A stretch of 64,000 nucleotides of DNA, from assembly GCA_965238225.1 (NCBI GenBank), contig OZ250183.1, positions 1,024,001 through 1,088,000 on the forward strand. Direction: 5' to 3'. Below, piece by piece: positions 1 through 9,855 of the stretch. A program made the translations under genes and the position numbers. The notes beneath the pieces are model-generated. The model was not told the origin of the DNA. It saw nothing but the letters and a program-made list of their open reading frames with translations, and made no database searches. Source of the DNA: Gammaproteobacteria bacterium. GTDB lineage: Bacteria > Pseudomonadota > Gammaproteobacteria > Eutrophobiales > Eutrophobiaceae. Each line of letters starts with the position of its first letter. The stretch's first letter is position 1.

Positions 1-505
1 GCATTTGAGCAATATTTTTACGATGAATAACAATATTTAACACCATTGGATATTCGTACGCCTTAACTATCCTGGCCATTTCTTTTTTATGTTCGAAGCT
101 CTTGGTGCCACCAAGAAAATTATTAAGCTCTTCATTACTCGCCTGGAAACTGATTTGGATATGATCAAGGCCAGCATTCTTGAAGCGTTTTACCCGTGCT
201 TCATCCATACCGACACCTGATGTAATGAGGTTGGTGTAATAGCCGAGATGATGCGCCTCATAGATGAGCTCTTCAAGATCCTGACGCACCAGAGGTTCGC
301 CGCCTGAAAAACCCAATTGAGTTGCACCCATCTTGCGCCCCTGCCGCATAACGCGCAGCCAATCTTCGGTTGAAAGTTCATCTTGATATTTAGAAATCTC
401 AAGCGGGTTTGAGCAATAAGGGCATTGCAGAGGACATTTGTAAGTTAACTCCGCCAATAACCATAAGGGCGGATTTATTTTACCGTTTGTTTCTAATCCA
501 ACCAT
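1..505 (-). CDS. pqqE: PQQ biosynthesis radical SAM protein PqqE, N-terminal part (runs off window)
   Basis: Manual translation of minus strand: [34 protein letters not shown] with CxxxCxxC motif; overlaps the end of pqqD. Alternative ATG at 511. Confidence 0.93.
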   Translation of the reverse strand, partial: MVGLETNGKINPPLWLLAELTYKCPLQCPYCSNPLEISKYQDELSTEDWLRVMRQGRKMGATQLGFSGGEPLVRQDLEELIYEAHHLGYYTNLITSGVGMDEARVKRFKNAGLDHIQISFQASNEELNNFLGGTKSFEHKKEMARIVKAYEYPMVLNIVIHRKNIAQM

Positions 506-755
506 TGGCATAGGCCGTCTCCAAAAAATTCATAACATCATCTTCCAGATTATTTTCTGAAAAAATAGTCTCTAACTTTTTAATTATAGTATCTATCGAG
601 TGCTTGCTGTTAATACGCTTTATGATTTCTCCGGCACTGCTGCTCAATTTAACCATACCTTCTGGATATAAGATCACATAGCAATTTTGAACCTCTTCCC
701 ATTGTACGCGGAAAATGGGAGCAATCTCAGGGATATCCGTTTTACTTATGCCCAT
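480..755 (-). CDS. pqqD: PQQ biosynthesis peptide chaperone PqqD
   Basis: 91 aa, [23 protein letters not shown] motif; lies between pqqC and pqqE. Confidence 0.95.
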   Translation of the reverse strand: MGISKTDIPEIAPIFRVQWEEVQNCYVILYPEGMVKLSSSAGEIIKRINSKHSIDTIIKKLETIFSENNLEDDVMNFLETAYANGWIRNKR

Positions 756-763
756 TACAATAA

Positions 764-1501
764 CTAACAGTTATGAAAAGGCGGTTTGTTTTCGATATAG
801 GCCATCCACATACAATCAAGCATAGCCCATAGAATATCCAGTTTAAATTGTAAAATATCCAGCATCTTTCTCTGTTCTTCTCTAGTCTTATAATAATCAA
901 GTGTGATATCCAGCCCATGCTGTACATCACGTCTTGCTTCATTGAGTCGTTTGCGAAAATAGTTATAGCCTTTCTCATCAATCCATGGATAAACCTGCGG
1001 CCAGTTATCCAGTCTTTTTTGGTGAATTTTTGGTGCGAAAAGTTCAGTGAGTGATGAACTTGCCGCCTCTTGCCATGGGGCGTTACGTGCAAAATTTAGA
1101 TAGGCATCAACCGCAAAACGAACGCCGGGCAAAACATGTTCGCCAGAAAGTATTTCTTCGCGTGTTAGGCCGACTGCTTCGGCCAATTGCAGCCAAGCTT
1201 CAATGCCGCCATCTTCACCTTCTTCGCCATCATGATCAATAATCCTTTGTACCCATTGGCGCCTGATGGCTCTATCGGGACAGTTCGCCATAATCGCTGC
1301 ATCTTTAACGGGGATCGTCGTTTGATAATAAAAGCGATTAGCCACCCAGCCTTGTATGGCTCGTTTGTCCAGTTTTCCAGTATCCATTAAAATATGAAAT
1401 TCATGATAGATATGATAATACCTTTCTTTATCACGAATCTTTTGTTCAAATTTATCTCGCGTCCACGGTATTTGTTTGGGAATATTTTTTTTGGCACTCA
1501 T
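764..1501 (-). CDS. pqqC: Pyrroloquinoline-quinone synthase PqqC
   Basis: [43 protein letters not shown] motifs. Confidence 0.97.
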   Translation of the reverse strand: MSAKKNIPKQIPWTRDKFEQKIRDKERYYHIYHEFHILMDTGKLDKRAIQGWVANRFYYQTTIPVKDAAIMANCPDRAIRRQWVQRIIDHDGEEGEDGGIEAWLQLAEAVGLTREEILSGEHVLPGVRFAVDAYLNFARNAPWQEAASSSLTELFAPKIHQKRLDNWPQVYPWIDEKGYNYFRKRLNEARRDVQHGLDITLDYYKTREEQRKMLDILQFKLDILWAMLDCMWMAYIENKPPFHNC

Positions 1502-1520
1502 GTATTCATTCCCTCATGAT

Positions 1521-2435
1521 TCATATAATAATATCCATACCATCGTAGGCCACTTCAATTCCGACATCATTTAATGATTGTCGTTCTTCGGATTCTTCAT
1601 CAAGGATAGGGTTTGTATTATTGATATGTATTAGAATTTTTCTGGGTTTGGTAAGTGAACCCAATGTATCCTTAATTCCGCCTTTACTGGATTGATCAAG
1701 ATGTCCCATTTTGCTGGCCAGTTTATTACTGATGCCGTGTCTAGACATTTCATCATCAGTCCAAACTGTACCATCAATCAAGACAAGGTCGGCATCTTCC
1801 ATGTATCCATAAACATGCTTTTCTATCTCGCCTAGTCCTGGAGCATAGAAAAGATTTTTACCTGTAGAGGTATCTTCTATCTTAAAGCCAATGTTGTCAC
1901 CGGTAACAGGATTTCCTCGATGTGGAGAATAGGGCGGCGCCTCACTTTTTAAGGGTACAGCAGTAAAGATCAGCTTGTCTGCCTTGGGGATGGTGAATGA
2001 GGATTCATCTGTGTTGACTTCATGCCAGTTAACACCACGAAAATGCCCAAGAATATTGAAAATGGGATATCCTGTAGTCATATCTTCATGAACACTGGCA
2101 GTACAATAAACATCCCAGGGTTTATCGTGTTCCCTGAGAATGATAAGCCCCGTGGTGTGATCAATCTGACCATCACACAAAACAATAGAGCAAATACCCG
2201 TGTCTCTTACTTTGCGTGCTGGCTGTAGAGCAGGGAAAGATTCTATTTGCGCCCGAATGTCAGGCGATGCGTTAAATAAAACCCAATCTTCGTCATTACT
2301 GCTGACAGTGATGGAAGATTGAGTTCTGGGCGAACTTTTAATTTCACCGCTGCGAATACGGCTGCAATTATGACAATTACAATTCCATTGCGGAAAGCCG
2401 CCGCCAGCACCCGTACCCAATAAATGTATGTGCAT
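1521..2435 (-). CDS. pqqB: PQQ biosynthesis protein PqqB (metallo-beta-lactamase fold)
   Basis: LGTGAGGGFPQWNCNC, RTQSS, NASPD, HINNTNP motifs. Confidence 0.97.
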   Translation of the reverse strand: MHIHLLGTGAGGGFPQWNCNCHNCSRIRSGEIKSSPRTQSSITVSSNDEDWVLFNASPDIRAQIESFPALQPARKVRDTGICSIVLCDGQIDHTTGLIILREHDKPWDVYCTASVHEDMTTGYPIFNILGHFRGVNWHEVNTDESSFTIPKADKLIFTAVPLKSEAPPYSPHRGNPVTGDNIGFKIEDTSTGKNLFYAPGLGEIEKHVYGYMEDADLVLIDGTVWTDDEMSRHGISNKLASKMGHLDQSSKGGIKDTLGSLTKPRKILIHINNTNPILDEESEERQSLNDVGIEVAYDGMDIII

Positions 2436-2736
2436 AAGTATTTATTTTTTTATGATTAAGATCATTAAGCAGTGCGAGCGAATATCATGCCATGTTACTT
2501 AAAGCAAAGTTTTATTATCGAATTATTTTAAATTTATATATAAAACAATAATATAGTAAATATATAGAATGTTAATTCTAGGAATATTGACACTTTTGAG
2601 CAAAAATGAATACTGAACTTGGACTGATACCCCCCCTGTTATTGGCTGAAATAAACCAATTAACAATCAGGCCAATGATAGCCATTTATCAATTGCAGTC
2701 ATTTGCAGGTAAAGTCCCAATGTATAAGGAAAAATC

Positions 2737-4290
2737 ATGAGCGAAACACAAGAACACATACTTTTTTTGACCGGAAAATTGGCCGAGAAACGATTGCATA
2801 GAATACTTGAGGATATGAATCCTACCGATTTTACTTATGAGGTTGAGAATATCGGCGTGAATGTTGCAGCATTAATGACAGCAAAAATGATAAAGCGCCG
2901 CCTAACCATGTTAGACAGTCCCGACAGAGTCATCGTTCCAGGTTTGTGCTGCGGAGATCTGCAAGCAATCGGTGAGTATTTTAAGGTGCCATTTATTCGC
3001 GGACCTGTTGATCTCAAAGATATGTCCATATTCTTTGGTCACGATTGTAAGGCTCCAGATTTAAGCGAGCATAATGTTTTGATTTTCGCTGAAATCGTTA
3101 ATGCAGCCAATATGACTGTAGAAGAAATCTTAACGCGCGCTGAAAAATATCGAAATGATGGTGCAAATGTTATTGATATTGGTTGTTTGCCAGACGCGCC
3201 ATTTCCTCATTTAGAAGAATGTATTGAGGTCTTGCATGACGCTGGTTTTAAAGTCAGCGTTGATTCATTACAAGACAGTGATCTCTTGCGCGCGGGCGCA
3301 CGGGGTGTAGATTATTTACTGAGTCTGAGCGAAGATACGCTCTGGATAACTGATGAAGTTTCTTCCATCCCTGTATTAATTCCTGATAAACATGGTGATA
3401 TGAACTCCATGTATCGCGTCATAGAAAAATTTGCTGAAAAAAACAGGCCTTTTTATGCAGACTGTATTCTTGATCCAATTCATTTTGGGTTTACAGAGTC
3501 TTTAATACGTTATCGTGATCTAAGGCAACAATGTCCTGATGTTGAGATTATGATGGGCGTAGGTAATTTAACTGAACTCACAGAGGCAGATACCACCGGG
3601 ATTAACGCAACTTTATTTGGAATAATTTCCGAATTGGGACTTAATGCAATTTTGGCAACAGAAGTGAGTCCACATGCACGCACCGCAGTAAGAGAGGCAG
3701 ACTTTGCAAGAAGGATGATGTATGCCGCCAAAAAAGAAGGCAGTTTGCCGAAAGACCTTGATGGATCATTATTAACGACACATGCCAGAAAACCGTTTCC
3801 TTACACAGAAGATGAGATTTATGAACTGGCTTCTGAAATAAAAGATCCCAGTTATCGCATACAGGTAAGTGAAACGGGCATTCATGTATATAATAGAGAT
3901 GGCATAATAGACGCTAAAAATCCATTTGCATTATTTTCGGAACTTAATTTAATACAAGAAGACGCACCTCATGCATTTTACATGGGCGTAGAGTTGGCAC
4001 GCGCACAAATTGCTTGGCAGTTAGGTAAACGCTATATGCAAGATGAGGAATTAACATGGGGTGTCGCTGTTCACCTTGATAGAATTTGTGATTTGGAAGA
4101 AACGTCAAAAGCAGCGCATGCTTTAAAGGAAGAAAATCAAAAGAAAAGTACAAGCAGCACAGAATATAAAACTTGCGGGACAACCTTACAAGCGCGCAAA
4201 AGCAATAAGACAATAAAAAGTCAGGCTAAGAAGAAAACCCAGAAGAAAATTAACACAAATATCGGGAAAAAATCCTCAACAAAAAAATAA
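2737..4290 (+). CDS. Dihydropteroate-synthase-like tetrahydromethanopterin biosynthesis protein (Orf20/DUF6513 type)
   Basis: LFLTGKLAE, GVNVAALMT, GANVIDIG, MGVGNLTELTEADTTG, HAFYMGVELARAQIAW...YMQDEELTWG; clustered with DUF447 and mfnB. Confidence 0.85.
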   Translation: MSETQEHILFLTGKLAEKRLHRILEDMNPTDFTYEVENIGVNVAALMTAKMIKRRLTMLDSPDRVIVPGLCCGDLQAIGEYFKVPFIRGPVDLKDMSIFFGHDCKAPDLSEHNVLIFAEIVNAANMTVEEILTRAEKYRNDGANVIDIGCLPDAPFPHLEECIEVLHDAGFKVSVDSLQDSDLLRAGARGVDYLLSLSEDTLWITDEVSSIPVLIPDKHGDMNSMYRVIEKFAEKNRPFYADCILDPIHFGFTESLIRYRDLRQQCPDVEIMMGVGNLTELTEADTTGINATLFGIISELGLNAILATEVSPHARTAVREADFARRMMYAAKKEGSLPKDLDGSLLTTHARKPFPYTEDEIYELASEIKDPSYRIQVSETGIHVYNRDGIIDAKNPFALFSELNLIQEDAPHAFYMGVELARAQIAWQLGKRYMQDEELTWGVAVHLDRICDLEETSKAAHALKEENQKKSTSSTEYKTCGTTLQARKSNKTIKSQAKKKTQKKINTNIGKKSSTKK

Positions 4291-4300
4291 CACAATCATC

Positions 4301-4885
4301 ATGATAAATGAAACAATCGTGACAACATTAAACGAAGATGGATCAGTTCATATTGCGCCTATGGGGGTAAGGCGTGAAGATGATTTATTTGTTATAGCGC
4401 CATTTAAACCATCAGCAACCTTGGAAAATCTTGAGCGCAGCGGCGAGGCCGTTATTAATATGACAGATGATATGCGTATTTTCGCCGGTTGTCTTACGGG
4501 TCATTATGAATGGCCGACAATAGACACTGTAGTTATCAATGGAAAAAGATTGGAAGTCGCCTTGAGTCATGCTGAGATTAAAGTAATACGTCAAAAAGGC
4601 GATGACCTTCGTCCTCGGTTTTATTGTTCTGAAAGATACATACAGACGCATAGACCATTTATGGGCTTAAATCGTGCTAAAGCAGCAATACTGGAAGCGG
4701 CGGTTCTTGTCAGTCGGTTGCATATGCTCACCGCTGATAAAATTGATAATGAGCTTCAGTATTTGCAAATTGCCGTTGATAAAACTGCCAGTGAAGATGA
4801 TCTGGAGGCATGGAGTTGGCTCATGAATCATATTGAGATATTTAGAAAACAAAACCTAAATAAAAAACAAGGACGTTCAACATGA
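4301..4885 (+). CDS. DUF447 family protein (Orf19-type, C1/H4MPT cluster)
   Basis: MINETIVTT...HIAPMG, PFKPSATLENL, GLNRAKAAILEAAVLVSRL, IAVDKTA motifs. Confidence 0.85.
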   Translation: MINETIVTTLNEDGSVHIAPMGVRREDDLFVIAPFKPSATLENLERSGEAVINMTDDMRIFAGCLTGHYEWPTIDTVVINGKRLEVALSHAEIKVIRQKGDDLRPRFYCSERYIQTHRPFMGLNRAKAAILEAAVLVSRLHMLTADKIDNELQYLQIAVDKTASEDDLEAWSWLMNHIEIFRKQNLNKKQGRST

Positions 4886-5604
4886 CAGGCATGTTGGCCA
4901 GTATTTCGAATCTGGAAGAGGCGAAAATTGTACTACAGGAAAATGTCGATATTATTGATTTAAAAGACCCTCTGCAAGGTGCCTTGGGCGCAGTCACAAC
5001 TGCAACCGCACGGGAAGTTGTAGCGTTTGTCTCAGGTCGATGTTTTGTCAGCGCCACCATTGGCGATTTGCCTATGCAGGCAACAGCGATTAAGAAGGCT
5101 ATTGTCAGGATGGCATCAACAGGTGTTGATATCATAAAGGTCGGTGTATTTGATGCCTTGACCGACAAAGTGATTGCCACTTTAAAAGAACAAGCGATTA
5201 AAGGCGCAAAAGACACGAATGGCAAACAATTTACCATCGTTATGGTGTTTTTTGTTGATAAAGATTTAAACTTAAAGAAGATAATTGATTTGGCGAAGGT
5301 CGGAGTCAGGGGAGTTATGTTAGACACTGCTGAAAAAATGCAAGGAAATTTAAGAATGCATATGCAAGATAAAGAATTACGAGCCTTTGTAAAACAGGCA
5401 AAATCATATGGTTTGCTGGCAGGGCTTGCAGGTTCTTTAAAAGCTTGTGATATTGCGCCTTTGCTCAAAGTAGAGCCGGATTATCTTGGTTTTCGTGGCG
5501 CGCTGTGTCGGGATAATTTGCGCACTGAAACTTTGAACGTTGCTGCTGTTAGAAAAATTCGTTTTTTACTTTCAAAAGCGCAAAATAGCCGTCTACCTAT
5601 GTAA
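4882..5604 (+). CDS. mfnB: (5-formylfuran-3-yl)methyl phosphate synthase (methanofuran biosynthesis, Orf22 type)
   Basis: MLASI..LEEA, DIIDLKDP..GALGA, VSATIGD, GVMLDTAEK, GLAGSL, PDYLGFRGALC. Confidence 0.88.
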   Translation: MTGMLASISNLEEAKIVLQENVDIIDLKDPLQGALGAVTTATAREVVAFVSGRCFVSATIGDLPMQATAIKKAIVRMASTGVDIIKVGVFDALTDKVIATLKEQAIKGAKDTNGKQFTIVMVFFVDKDLNLKKIIDLAKVGVRGVMLDTAEKMQGNLRMHMQDKELRAFVKQAKSYGLLAGLAGSLKACDIAPLLKVEPDYLGFRGALCRDNLRTETLNVAAVRKIRFLLSKAQNSRLPM

Positions 5605-5635
5605 AATTAGATTCATAATCAGGAGGTATTGCGAA

Positions 5636-6028
5636 ATGGCACAGTGGAGAAAAAAAGAAAAAGACGCAACTTACAGCGATGCAGAGATTAAATCACGTTT
5701 GGAAAAAGAATTGCCTGCATGGTATTACGAAGACGGATGGATCCGTAGGAAATATAATACCAGTGGTTGGAAGAGCACTTTAATGGTCATCAACACGGTG
5801 GGTCATTTATCAGAGGCAGCTTGGCATCATCCAGATATCGCAGCCTCTTATGCGTTTGTCATAGTGAAACTTATGAATCACGCTGCCAAAGGTGTCACCA
5901 ACAAAGATTTTGAGTTAGCAAAAAAAATTGAAGAAGTCATCATGTGGCAACCGGGTGCTGATGAAGATAATGCGCTTACGGGCACGCCGGATGATCCTAG
6001 ATTTAAATATATTAAATACAATAAATAA
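5636..6028 (+). CDS. Pterin-4a-carbinolamine dehydratase (4a-hydroxytetrahydrobiopterin dehydratase)
   Basis: EAAWHHPDI and H..KGVT.KDFELA motifs; AGGAGG RBS precedes ATG at 5636. Confidence 0.88.
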   Translation: MAQWRKKEKDATYSDAEIKSRLEKELPAWYYEDGWIRRKYNTSGWKSTLMVINTVGHLSEAAWHHPDIAASYAFVIVKLMNHAAKGVTNKDFELAKKIEEVIMWQPGADEDNALTGTPDDPRFKYIKYNK

Positions 6029-6029
6029 T

Positions 6030-6181
6030 ACGGCAGTGCCACACACAACTTGAAGTTTGGTGTCGGTGTTGAATATAAAGCCCAAACCGGCGCTTATGGT
6101 TCAGTAGGCTATGAGCGCACTGAGATCATAGACTCAGGGCACACCGACAGTTTTGACTTAGAGCTTGGTCTTGAGTTTTAG
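6030..6181 (+). pseudogene. Orphan 3' fragment (last ~49 codons) of an autotransporter gene
   Basis: Matches 9572-9723 with 2 differences; encodes GSATHNLKFGVGVEYKAQ...LELGLEF*; no start or upstream part. Confidence 0.9.
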
Positions 6182-6230
6182 GCTTTAGAGTAATACCGCA
6201 TCTTTTAAGCATTAACATTCTTAACAACCA

Positions 6231-6303
6231 AGATGTTTGCTATAATCGCAAAGTCGTGCAGAACTCTTAAAGTCATCGACTACAGCCTATTTCGAGGAAT
6301 GTT
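6231..6303 (+). promoter_or_regulatory. Putative sigma70 promoter (TGnTATAAT) and RBS of autotransporter 1; duplicated upstream of autotransporter 2 (about 9783-9855)
   Basis: TATAAT at 6241-6246 and 9793-9798; near-identical leader ending GAGGAATGTTATG in both copies. Confidence 0.55.
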
Positions 6304-9300
6304 ATGGTAATGTTGAACAGTAAGCCTATGCAGTTGATGAGTAGATTAATTATGAGTAAATTAATTATTGGTAAATTAAGCGCCAGCATAAACGATAGCC
6401 CAAGTAGTACGTTTGGTCTTGGCAGCACAATCAACTTAACAAAACGCTTGGCACTGGTCTTTTTTCTTGTAGGGCTTTTTGCACAGGCGGCACATGCTGT
6501 CACGGTGGATAAACTAACGACCAAGGATACCACACCAACAATCACCGGCACACTTGCGACAGGTGAAACACTAAACTCTGTAACGGTAAACGGTGTTGCT
6601 ACCAATACACCTGTTGTTGATACCAGCGGAACCCCAATCACATGGCTTGCGGAAGTAGATGTTCTTAATGTACTTAATGACGGCACTTACCAAGTCATTG
6701 CAACAGTCACTGATACAGGAGGCAGTGTACTAACAGACACCTCAACACTTACAGTAGACAACATAGCTTCTATTGCCACATTTACTTATTATATAAAATT
6801 GCCAGACGGCAGCAATAATTTTCTAGATACTACGCTAACTGCAGTAAAAGAAAACGATAGGGTTACCATCTTTGCCAACTTTGATAAAGACATAGCAGCT
6901 ACGCCTCCCATGAAAATCACAGGCACTGGTGTACATACTATCTCTGCTACCAACATGACAAGATTTGATGCAGATACCTATATCTATACTTGGACAGTAG
7001 GCACAGGTGATGGCATACAAACATTTACCTTAAGTAACGGCACAGACTTAGCAGGCAACGAAGTCACTCCCACACCGACCTCCGGTGCCGTAGTTAAAGT
7101 AGATAACACAACCCCTATTATTGTACTTACGATCGATAGCACATCACTTCTAACCAACAGCCAGAGACCTACAATCACAGGTAGGATCAGTGAGCTACTT
7201 GCTGATGGCATAGGAATTCCTTCAGTTGAGAGGCTTTCTGTAACAGTAGGCGGTACTCTTACCAGTGGAGCTGATTTTAGTAGAGGTGATGGTTTATGGA
7301 GAGCGAGAGTAAGCGCAGGCACTGCACTTCTCACTGATGGCACCTATGAAGTCGTTGCAATAGTTATTGATGCAGCAGGCAACACCAGTTCCACAGCAAC
7401 TGCTACCTTAACCGTAGACAGCACCGCACCAGTATTGGTATCCTATTCATTCGGAGATGGCAGGCAATATCTACCTAGCGAAACAGCAACAAATGTTGCC
7501 ACCAATGCCAATATTGTCTTGACCTTTGATGAGGCAGTCATGAAAGTGGCGGGTGGCGGTCTCACAATTCGATCAAGCGTATCAACAGCTACACCTACAG
7601 AAGAAATTATTCTCAGCGCAGACCCACGCATCACAGTGGCTGGCAATACAGTCACCATCAATCCAAGCATCAACTTTGCTGCGGGTGACAGTGTTGAATT
7701 AGCTAATATCGGAACAGTAGTCTCTGACCTTGCTGGCAATTCCGCCGGCGGCAGCATAATTGCCTTTCTTGCATCAGCCACAGCATCTACCCCCACCGAT
7801 CAAGACACAGTCTTTGCCAGCGCAGTCAGTGGCATGGCTAACGCAGCGATTACTGTTGTAGGTTCTGGCAATGCTGATGATAGCATCTGGTTTGCACCAC
7901 AATCTACGCAAAACTTTACAGAAAGCGTAACCATCACCCGTGCTGCGGGTAATGCTACTTCTATTTACGCCCCACAAGCCAGTGGCACTTATAGATTATT
8001 TGTACAAGACCGCGCTGGTAATGTTTCCAGCCCATCAAATGCTGTCTTGACTGTCACCGCTGATACCACCAGTCCGAGCTTAACTACCTACGCATTTGGT
8101 AGAGACAATACAAGCTATGCACTTACAGACAGTGCCACAGAGGTGCCAGCCAATGTTGATATTATCCTGAATTTCAGTGAGCGAGTCAGCGCCGGCACAG
8201 GTACCATCACCTTAACCCCTACAGGCGGCACCGCCATAGCACTTGATGTGACAGGCGCACAAGTCACAGCCAATGATACTGATGCTGTCACCATCAACCC
8301 GTCCAACAATCTTGATCTGAGTACAGAATACACAGTCAATATCCCAGCAGGCGCATTTGTAGACCGCGCAAGCCGTGATGCGACGCAAGCTACTTTTAGC
8401 TTTAGCGTATCAGCAACACCGCCCACCCCTGACCCTGCAACAGTTAAAGATGTTGTGTCTGGTGTTAACATGCAAGCTGATATAGCAGTCGACTGGACTA
8501 AGACCTCAGTAACCACCATTACCAACCGCATGAACTGGTTACGCCGCCACAAAGGCAGCAACAACCTGTCTCATCAAGGCATAACCTTAAACTTTGCACA
8601 TCCGACACTGGACGCACTCTTTAAGGCAGAATATAAGGCCAATAATCCCAAAGAAAATAGCCTTGTGAGCCAAGCACGCCTTGCCAACATGGCAAGAACA
8701 CTGGCCAATAATACCAAGCATAACGCCGACCACAGCACGTCTGTGTTTGCTGCGCTCAAACAAGAGCTTAGCGACCGTGCCGCCAATGAATTTGCCAAAC
8801 TGGCACACAATACTTTAGACAATACTTTAGGCCATCTGACTGCCCTAAACCCCTTAAGCGGTAACAGCATCAGTGATACTTGGGCAATCTGGACTGCCGG
8901 CAATATCACCCTAGGTGATTATGATGCAACCACCACCACATCTGCACAGGACAGCTTCTCACAAAACATCTCCTTAGGCGTAGACAGATATACAGCCAAT
9001 GACAAACAGCTTTTAGGTGTTGCCGTAAGCTTAGGCAGGGGTGATGTTGAGATTGGCAATAACGACACAACACTGAATTCAGATGCCATAAGCTTCGCGG
9101 TCTACACTGCCCTAGACTTGTACAAATACACTGTCTTTGAAGGTATGACTGCCATTGAAGGTATGATAGGTGTAGGCGGCATTACTGTAGATACAAAACG
9201 CCGTGGTGATGACAATATATTACTCACAGGCAGCCGTGACATAAGGCAAATATTTGCATCCTTGACCTTCAGAGGTAAATTCCAACAAAAGGATATAAAC

Positions 9301-9723
9301 CTCTCTCCCTATGGCAGGGTTAATGTGTCACACAGCAGGCTGGGAGACTTTGCTGAATCTGGTTCAGACTTTGCACTGACTTACAACAAACAAGATATAA
9401 ATAACCTGGTGCTGTACACAGGGCTTGATGTAGACTATCTCATTGAGCTTAATCAAGGCGCACTGAGACCCTTCGGTGTGGTTGAATACGGTGCTGATAT
9501 AAGTCCGAGCTCTGACGCTGTGCTTTATTACCTGAGCGACCCAACCAGACAAATATACACCCTGTCTACAGACGGCAGTGCCACACACAACTTGAAGTTT
9601 GGTATCGGTGTTGAATATAAAGCCCAAACCGGCGCTTATGGTTCAGTAGGCTATGAGCGCACTGAGATCATAGACTCAGGGCACACCGACAGTTTTGACT
9701 TAGAGCTTGGTCTTGAGTTTTAA
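6304..9723 (+). CDS. Autotransporter-type outer-membrane adhesin 1 with Ig-like passenger domains
   Basis: Signal-peptide-like KRLALVFFLVGLFAQAAHA; Thr-rich Ig-like repeats (DxTxP...D.AGN); C-terminal amphipathic beta-barrel ending LELGLEF. Confidence 0.85.
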   Translation: MVMLNSKPMQLMSRLIMSKLIIGKLSASINDSPSSTFGLGSTINLTKRLALVFFLVGLFAQAAHAVTVDKLTTKDTTPTITGTLATGETLNSVTVNGVATNTPVVDTSGTPITWLAEVDVLNVLNDGTYQVIATVTDTGGSVLTDTSTLTVDNIASIATFTYYIKLPDGSNNFLDTTLTAVKENDRVTIFANFDKDIAATPPMKITGTGVHTISATNMTRFDADTYIYTWTVGTGDGIQTFTLSNGTDLAGNEVTPTPTSGAVVKVDNTTPIIVLTIDSTSLLTNSQRPTITGRISELLADGIGIPSVERLSVTVGGTLTSGADFSRGDGLWRARVSAGTALLTDGTYEVVAIVIDAAGNTSSTATATLTVDSTAPVLVSYSFGDGRQYLPSETATNVATNANIVLTFDEAVMKVAGGGLTIRSSVSTATPTEEIILSADPRITVAGNTVTINPSINFAAGDSVELANIGTVVSDLAGNSAGGSIIAFLASATASTPTDQDTVFASAVSGMANAAITVVGSGNADDSIWFAPQSTQNFTESVTITRAAGNATSIYAPQASGTYRLFVQDRAGNVSSPSNAVLTVTADTTSPSLTTYAFGRDNTSYALTDSATEVPANVDIILNFSERVSAGTGTITLTPTGGTAIALDVTGAQVTANDTDAVTINPSNNLDLSTEYTVNIPAGAFVDRASRDATQATFSFSVSATPPTPDPATVKDVVSGVNMQADIAVDWTKTSVTTITNRMNWLRRHKGSNNLSHQGITLNFAHPTLDALFKAEYKANNPKENSLVSQARLANMARTLANNTKHNADHSTSVFAALKQELSDRAANEFAKLAHNTLDNTLGHLTALNPLSGNSISDTWAIWTAGNITLGDYDATTTTSAQDSFSQNISLGVDRYTANDKQLLGVAVSLGRGDVEIGNNDTTLNSDAISFAVYTALDLYKYTVFEGMTAIEGMIGVGGITVDTKRRGDDNILLTGSRDIRQIFASLTFRGKFQQKDINLSPYGRVNVSHSRLGDFAESGSDFALTYNKQDINNLVLYTGLDVDYLIELNQGALRPFGVVEYGADISPSSDAVLYYLSDPTRQIYTLSTDGSATHNLKFGIGVEYKAQTGAYGSVGYERTEIIDSGHTDSFDLELGLEF

Positions 9724-9855
9724 GCTTTAGTTTTTTAGTTTTTAATGTAATATTACATCTTTAGGTATTGTATTCTACAATAAGATGTTCGCTATAATCG
9801 CAAAGTCGTGCAGAACTCTTAAAGTCATCGACTACAGCCTATTTCGAGGAATGTT

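Noticed and set aside
6030-6181. Diversity-generating retroelement template repeat for the adhesin 3' ends
   Set aside because: Only 2-3 differences, not concentrated at template adenines; the region is the conserved barrel end; no reverse transcriptase in the window.
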